Of a stretch of 64,000 bases of DNA, positions 60,615-64,000 are shown piece after piece. The notes beneath the pieces were generated by a model. The model was given only the letters and a program-made list of their open reading frames with translations. It did not search any database and was not told the origin of the DNA. The translations under genes were made by a program, and so were the position numbers. The stretch comes from Obrimoposthia wandeli (Eukaryota). Every line of letters begins with the position of its first letter. The first letter of the stretch is position 1. The stretch lies in contig CDROCS010005192.1 in the NCBI GenBank assembly GCA_977020255.1, positions 1 to 64,000 of the forward strand, in the 5' to 3' direction.

Positions 60615-62213
60615 ATGCACGTTATCTCGGTACTCTTAGTTATAGCAGGGTTAGTTGCTTTAGTTTTATCCTTAATCCCGCTAACAGTCATATGTCGACA
60701 TGAAACAAGCACCCGTCTTGGTTGGCGAGCGATGTTTGTTCTCGTCCTTGTTTTTATTCTTGGCTATACGCTCTTTTGCTACCACTTGATGTTTAAAGCC
60801 CCGACCCTAATCGATTTTATCTTGGCGAGTATTTTTGCAGGTGGAGGCATGTTTGTTGTATTAGTGAGTCGCATGAGCTTAGCGAGCCTTAATGAACTGC
60901 AAGCAACGGCTTTAGAATACGAGAAGCAAGCCTTGCATGACATTTTAACGGGTTTGCCTAATCGTAAAAAACTAATGCTGACATTAGAAAGCACCATTGC
61001 CGCTAGTGGTCGAGACGATGCCAATTTTTCAGTTATTGTCATGGACCTGAATGGCTTTAAAAAAGTGAATGATACTTTAGGGCATCAAGCAGGGGACCTT
61101 GCGTTGCAAATTATTGCACCTAGGTTGGGCCAGCAATTAAGGGCATCGGATACTTTATGCCGCTTGGGTGGAGATGAATTCGCAGTAATTTTACCCCAAG
61201 CGAATAGGGAGGATGCGACTCAGGTAGCGAAAAAAATGTTAGCGGCTTGTACTGAGCCGTTAGTCGTAGAAAATAATAAAATAGTGCTCGGTATTAGCAT
61301 CGGAATATCTCTATCCCCTAATCATGCTAGTGACGCGAATACTCTTCTCCGCTATGCCGATATCGCCATGTACCAAGCTAAGCAGCAAAAGACGGGTGTT
61401 GAAGTTTACAGTAAAGAGATAGATAGAAATTCTGTTGAGCAACTATCGGATGTTCCTGAGATCTTACAGGCAATGAATGAGAATAAGTTGGTGATCTATT
61501 TTCAGCCGGTTCTGACGGGGGATGTATTAAAAGGGCTCGAAGTATCATTACGCTGGTATAAAGAAGATGGCACTGTTGTCACTGCTCGAAATTTCATGAA
61601 ATCATTAGTTGATCTTGGTGCAAGCTGGCCTTTAATCGAGTATGTCATTGATGAAGCATTTGAAAATTATAATCGCTGGATGAAACAGTTTGATTTTAAT
61701 ATTAAATTGCGAATTAATTTGTTTTTAGGCGGAGTAGATAAAGATGAATTTTGTGAGTTTGTAGCCTCCAAAGCGCAGCAGTATGGAATTTCGACAAGCA
61801 ATATTATGATTGAAGTTGTTGAGAGTTTATTTGGACGGAAAACAGTAGTCAATTTAATGACAAGCTTGCATGAGAAAGGTTTCAAAATTGCCATCGATGA
61901 TTTTGGTATGAATGGAGCGAAATTATTAGCATTGAATAATGTGGTATTAGATGAAGTTAAATTGGATAAATCTATAACGAAAAATCTAACGAACGGGTCT
62001 ATCGATGTAATATTGATTAATACGATTAAATCTTTCTGTGATCAGATGAACATTTCCTTTGTTGTACCGTATGTGGATGATAGATCTACACTAAATATAC
62101 TTAAGGAAATAGGAGTTGATCAATTTCAGGGGGATGCATTGTGTCCATTCATCTCCGTCAGTGAGATGAATGAATGGCTCGCTAATTATTATGAAAAGCC
62201 TTCTGACGAATAG
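60615..62213 (+). CDS. Membrane GGDEF + degenerate EAL protein
   Basis: Three TMs; intact RLGGDEF with I-site RASD; EAL domain has EVSLRW and DDFGMNG. ATG 60615 preferred over TTG 60576. Confidence 0.88.
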   Translation: MHVISVLLVIAGLVALVLSLIPLTVICRHETSTRLGWRAMFVLVLVFILGYTLFCYHLMFKAPTLIDFILASIFAGGGMFVVLVSRMSLASLNELQATALEYEKQALHDILTGLPNRKKLMLTLESTIAASGRDDANFSVIVMDLNGFKKVNDTLGHQAGDLALQIIAPRLGQQLRASDTLCRLGGDEFAVILPQANREDATQVAKKMLAACTEPLVVENNKIVLGISIGISLSPNHASDANTLLRYADIAMYQAKQQKTGVEVYSKEIDRNSVEQLSDVPEILQAMNENKLVIYFQPVLTGDVLKGLEVSLRWYKEDGTVVTARNFMKSLVDLGASWPLIEYVIDEAFENYNRWMKQFDFNIKLRINLFLGGVDKDEFCEFVASKAQQYGISTSNIMIEVVESLFGRKTVVNLMTSLHEKGFKIAIDDFGMNGAKLLALNNVVLDEVKLDKSITKNLTNGSIDVILINTIKSFCDQMNISFVVPYVDDRSTLNILKEIGVDQFQGDALCPFISVSEMNEWLANYYEKPSDE

Positions 62214-62227
62214 CGAATAGGACTTGG

Positions 62228-63130
62228 CTATGGATTCGGTATGAATTCAACGCAAATATCTGCTTGTTTCCCAGCTTCAATATTTATCACATCAGTAACA
62301 ACATTAGCCGTTTCTATACAGAGCATATTTTTAAAATCTAGCGGGCTAAATTGGCTTAGGCGTTTGCTTTTTTCGATCCAGGGATTCCAGATTACTGCAC
62401 TTTGACTATTGGAGTTATTGATTAAGAGAGTCTGATTAGGAGTTTCTAGTCTAAGAGAGTAGTTAGATTCATCGAAAAAATACAATCGGTCAGTTTCTGA
62501 GCTAAAGCTGATTTTTCCAATTTGTTGTTTTTTGTTCCAGTTATCCAAGGCGTCGATATAAGTCAGGTTATGCGTATTGTGAATATAGCTACGGTCGATA
62601 TCAACGGTTGGCAGATAAGTATGCAGTGCTTGACTGAGACTGAAAGGGTGAATACCTGTATTGGTCGTCGTGAGTTTAAGCTTTAATTTAGTTGAAAATG
62701 TAAATTTTGCTTCCAGATCAAAGTCAAAAGGCCAGAGTTCTTTGCTAGCCGAATTGCTTGTTAATATGAGAGTAACTTCAATATGATGGCAGTCTTCATA
62801 AATATTTTTTATTTCCCATGGTAATGAACGTGCAAAGCCATGAGCGCCAGCAGAATCCTGGTGCTTTATTTGATCTTGGATTACCTCAGGGTTCTTGTCT
62901 AGATCACCAAACCAGGGCCAACAGATTGGTATTCCACCGCGAATAGGCTTACCTTGTTTATATTGAGCGCTTGGACTTAGCCATAAAACATTTTCAAATT
63001 GTCTATTCTGAGGTCTGAACTCTACTAGCTGAGCACCTTGTAAAAGTAAAGTTGCTTTGAAAGAAGGATGTTCAATTTTAAGTGCATCTAGCTCGTCGAT
63101 TTTTATTAAAGTGCAAAAAACATGATTCAT
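62228..63130 (-). CDS. yeaD: D-hexose-6-phosphate mutarotase (aldose 1-epimerase family)
   Basis: IRGGIPICWPWFG, HGFAR, ALHTY, AVIWNPW, MLCIETA. Confidence 0.9.
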   Translation of the reverse strand: MNHVFCTLIKIDELDALKIEHPSFKATLLLQGAQLVEFRPQNRQFENVLWLSPSAQYKQGKPIRGGIPICWPWFGDLDKNPEVIQDQIKHQDSAGAHGFARSLPWEIKNIYEDCHHIEVTLILTSNSASKELWPFDFDLEAKFTFSTKLKLKLTTTNTGIHPFSLSQALHTYLPTVDIDRSYIHNTHNLTYIDALDNWNKKQQIGKISFSSETDRLYFFDESNYSLRLETPNQTLLINNSNSQSAVIWNPWIEKSKRLSQFSPLDFKNMLCIETANVVTDVINIEAGKQADICVEFIPNP

Positions 63131-63253
63131 GAACGGTTTCCTGATTTATAATCGGTATCTTAAATTTCTGTAACTATAACGGAATATCACGCGCTTTAAA
63201 TGACTAGACGTGAATAAACTTCTGTGTGTAATTAACCGGTGAACAACTAATCC

Positions 63254-63736
63254 GTGAATAAGCAAAAATTATTAAAACAATTGCAAGAACGATTACAGCA
63301 AAAAGTCGATGCGACTCTTAATGCGGTCAATGAAGCCCATGCTCTAGCGTCACATGAGCAAAGCAAACCTGAAAATCAGTACGATACATTAGCGTTAGAA
63401 GCTGCATATTTGGCTCATGGCCAATCAGAAAGAATTGCTGAATTACAAAAGCAGATGATATTGCTGAATCACTTTGAGTTTATTGAAGTATCACAAGAGA
63501 GCCCAATCGCTTTAGGTGCTTTGATTTGTGTCGAAGAGATAGGGTCAGAATTGCAATGGCTGTGGTTATTGCCTGTTGCTGGTGGTGAACAGCTAATTCT
63601 TGAGGATAGGCACATAAGAACAATTACTCCAGAAGCCCCGCTTGCTGAAAAATTGATAGGACAGTATTTGGGTGATGAAATTGTGCTAAACCTTGGGCAT
63701 AAAAAAAAGCAGTTCGAGGTGGTCGAGCTGCTTTAA
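63254..63736 (+). CDS. GreA/GreB-family protein
   Basis: Coiled coil with KPENQYDTLALEAAYLAHGQ; C-terminal ITPEAPLAEKLIG. Confidence 0.8.
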   Translation: MNKQKLLKQLQERLQQKVDATLNAVNEAHALASHEQSKPENQYDTLALEAAYLAHGQSERIAELQKQMILLNHFEFIEVSQESPIALGALICVEEIGSELQWLWLLPVAGGEQLILEDRHIRTITPEAPLAEKLIGQYLGDEIVLNLGHKKKQFEVVELL

Positions 63737-63766
63737 TTTCTTTGCTATCTAGCGTTAAGCCAAGAG

Positions 63767-64000
63767 CTATTTGAACATATCGGCGAAGCTATCTTCAGAA
63801 TCTCCAGGTTCGCCTTTTAGATCTTTAAGTGGCCATCCACCCAGTTCTTTCCAGCGGTTAACGAGAAAACAAAATAACTCAGCGGTTTTCCAGGTATCGT
63901 AAGCCGCAGAGTGAGCTTCTTTATTATCAAAGTCGATATCTGCCGTAAGGCAAGACTTAGCTAATACTGTTTGGCCTAGCCCGAGAGCACTTAAACTTGC
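63767..64000 (-). CDS. rnt: Ribonuclease T, 3' part (runs off window end)
   Basis: My translation: [17 protein letters not shown]...[34 protein letters not shown], matching the RNase T C-terminus. Confidence 0.92.
   Translation of the reverse strand, partial: ASLSALGLGQTVLAKSCLTADIDFDNKEAHSAAYDTWKTAELFCFLVNRWKELGGWPLKDLKGEPGDSEDSFADMFK

Noticed and set aside
1-64000. tRNA, rRNA, transposase, integrase, prophage or defence genes
   Set aside because: No such sequence or protein motif was recognised anywhere in the window.

Overview
AT-rich (roughly low-40s % GC by eye) marine-type gammaproteobacterial chromosome segment; gene content and order look Oceanospirillales/Pseudomonadales-like (inference). 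1-35.3 kb is a polar flagellum and chemotaxis region: fliH(3' part)-fliI-fliJ, then an inserted second chemosensory cluster (STAS-cheY-cheA-cheW-Aer2-like MCP-cheR-cheD-cheB, F7/Che2 type) joined to an HsbA/HsbR/HptB-like partner-switch module, then fliK-fliLMNOPQR-flhB-flhA-flhF-flhG-fliA-cheY-cheZ-cheA-cheB-motCD-parC-orf-parP-cheW-DUF2802. 35.4-64 kb is mostly housekeeping: AraC regulator, putative outer-membrane protein, bcp, nrdAB-yfaE with tandem NrdR and DnaA boxes, RstAB-like two-component system, metR, glpK, diguanylate cyclases, argD-argF, fused 5-oxoprolinase, grxD, a TonB-dependent receptor, LysR, yeaD, a GreA/B-like gene and the 3' end of rnt. Nearly every long gene in the first ~16.8 kb is frameshifted or locally garbled, whereas 16.8-52.3 kb is intact. 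This is most consistent with low-quality consensus sequence near a contig end, not real decay. Highlights: a membrane-anchored four-PAS Aer2-like receptor, a 16x hexapeptide acidic tail on FliH, a 209-bp CACAGAG-type inverted-repeat element, a candidate sRNA after rstB, a terminator-like hairpin in the argDF leader, and an extra ParP-motif ORF in the chemotaxis operon. No CRISPR, rRNA, tRNA or transposase was seen.
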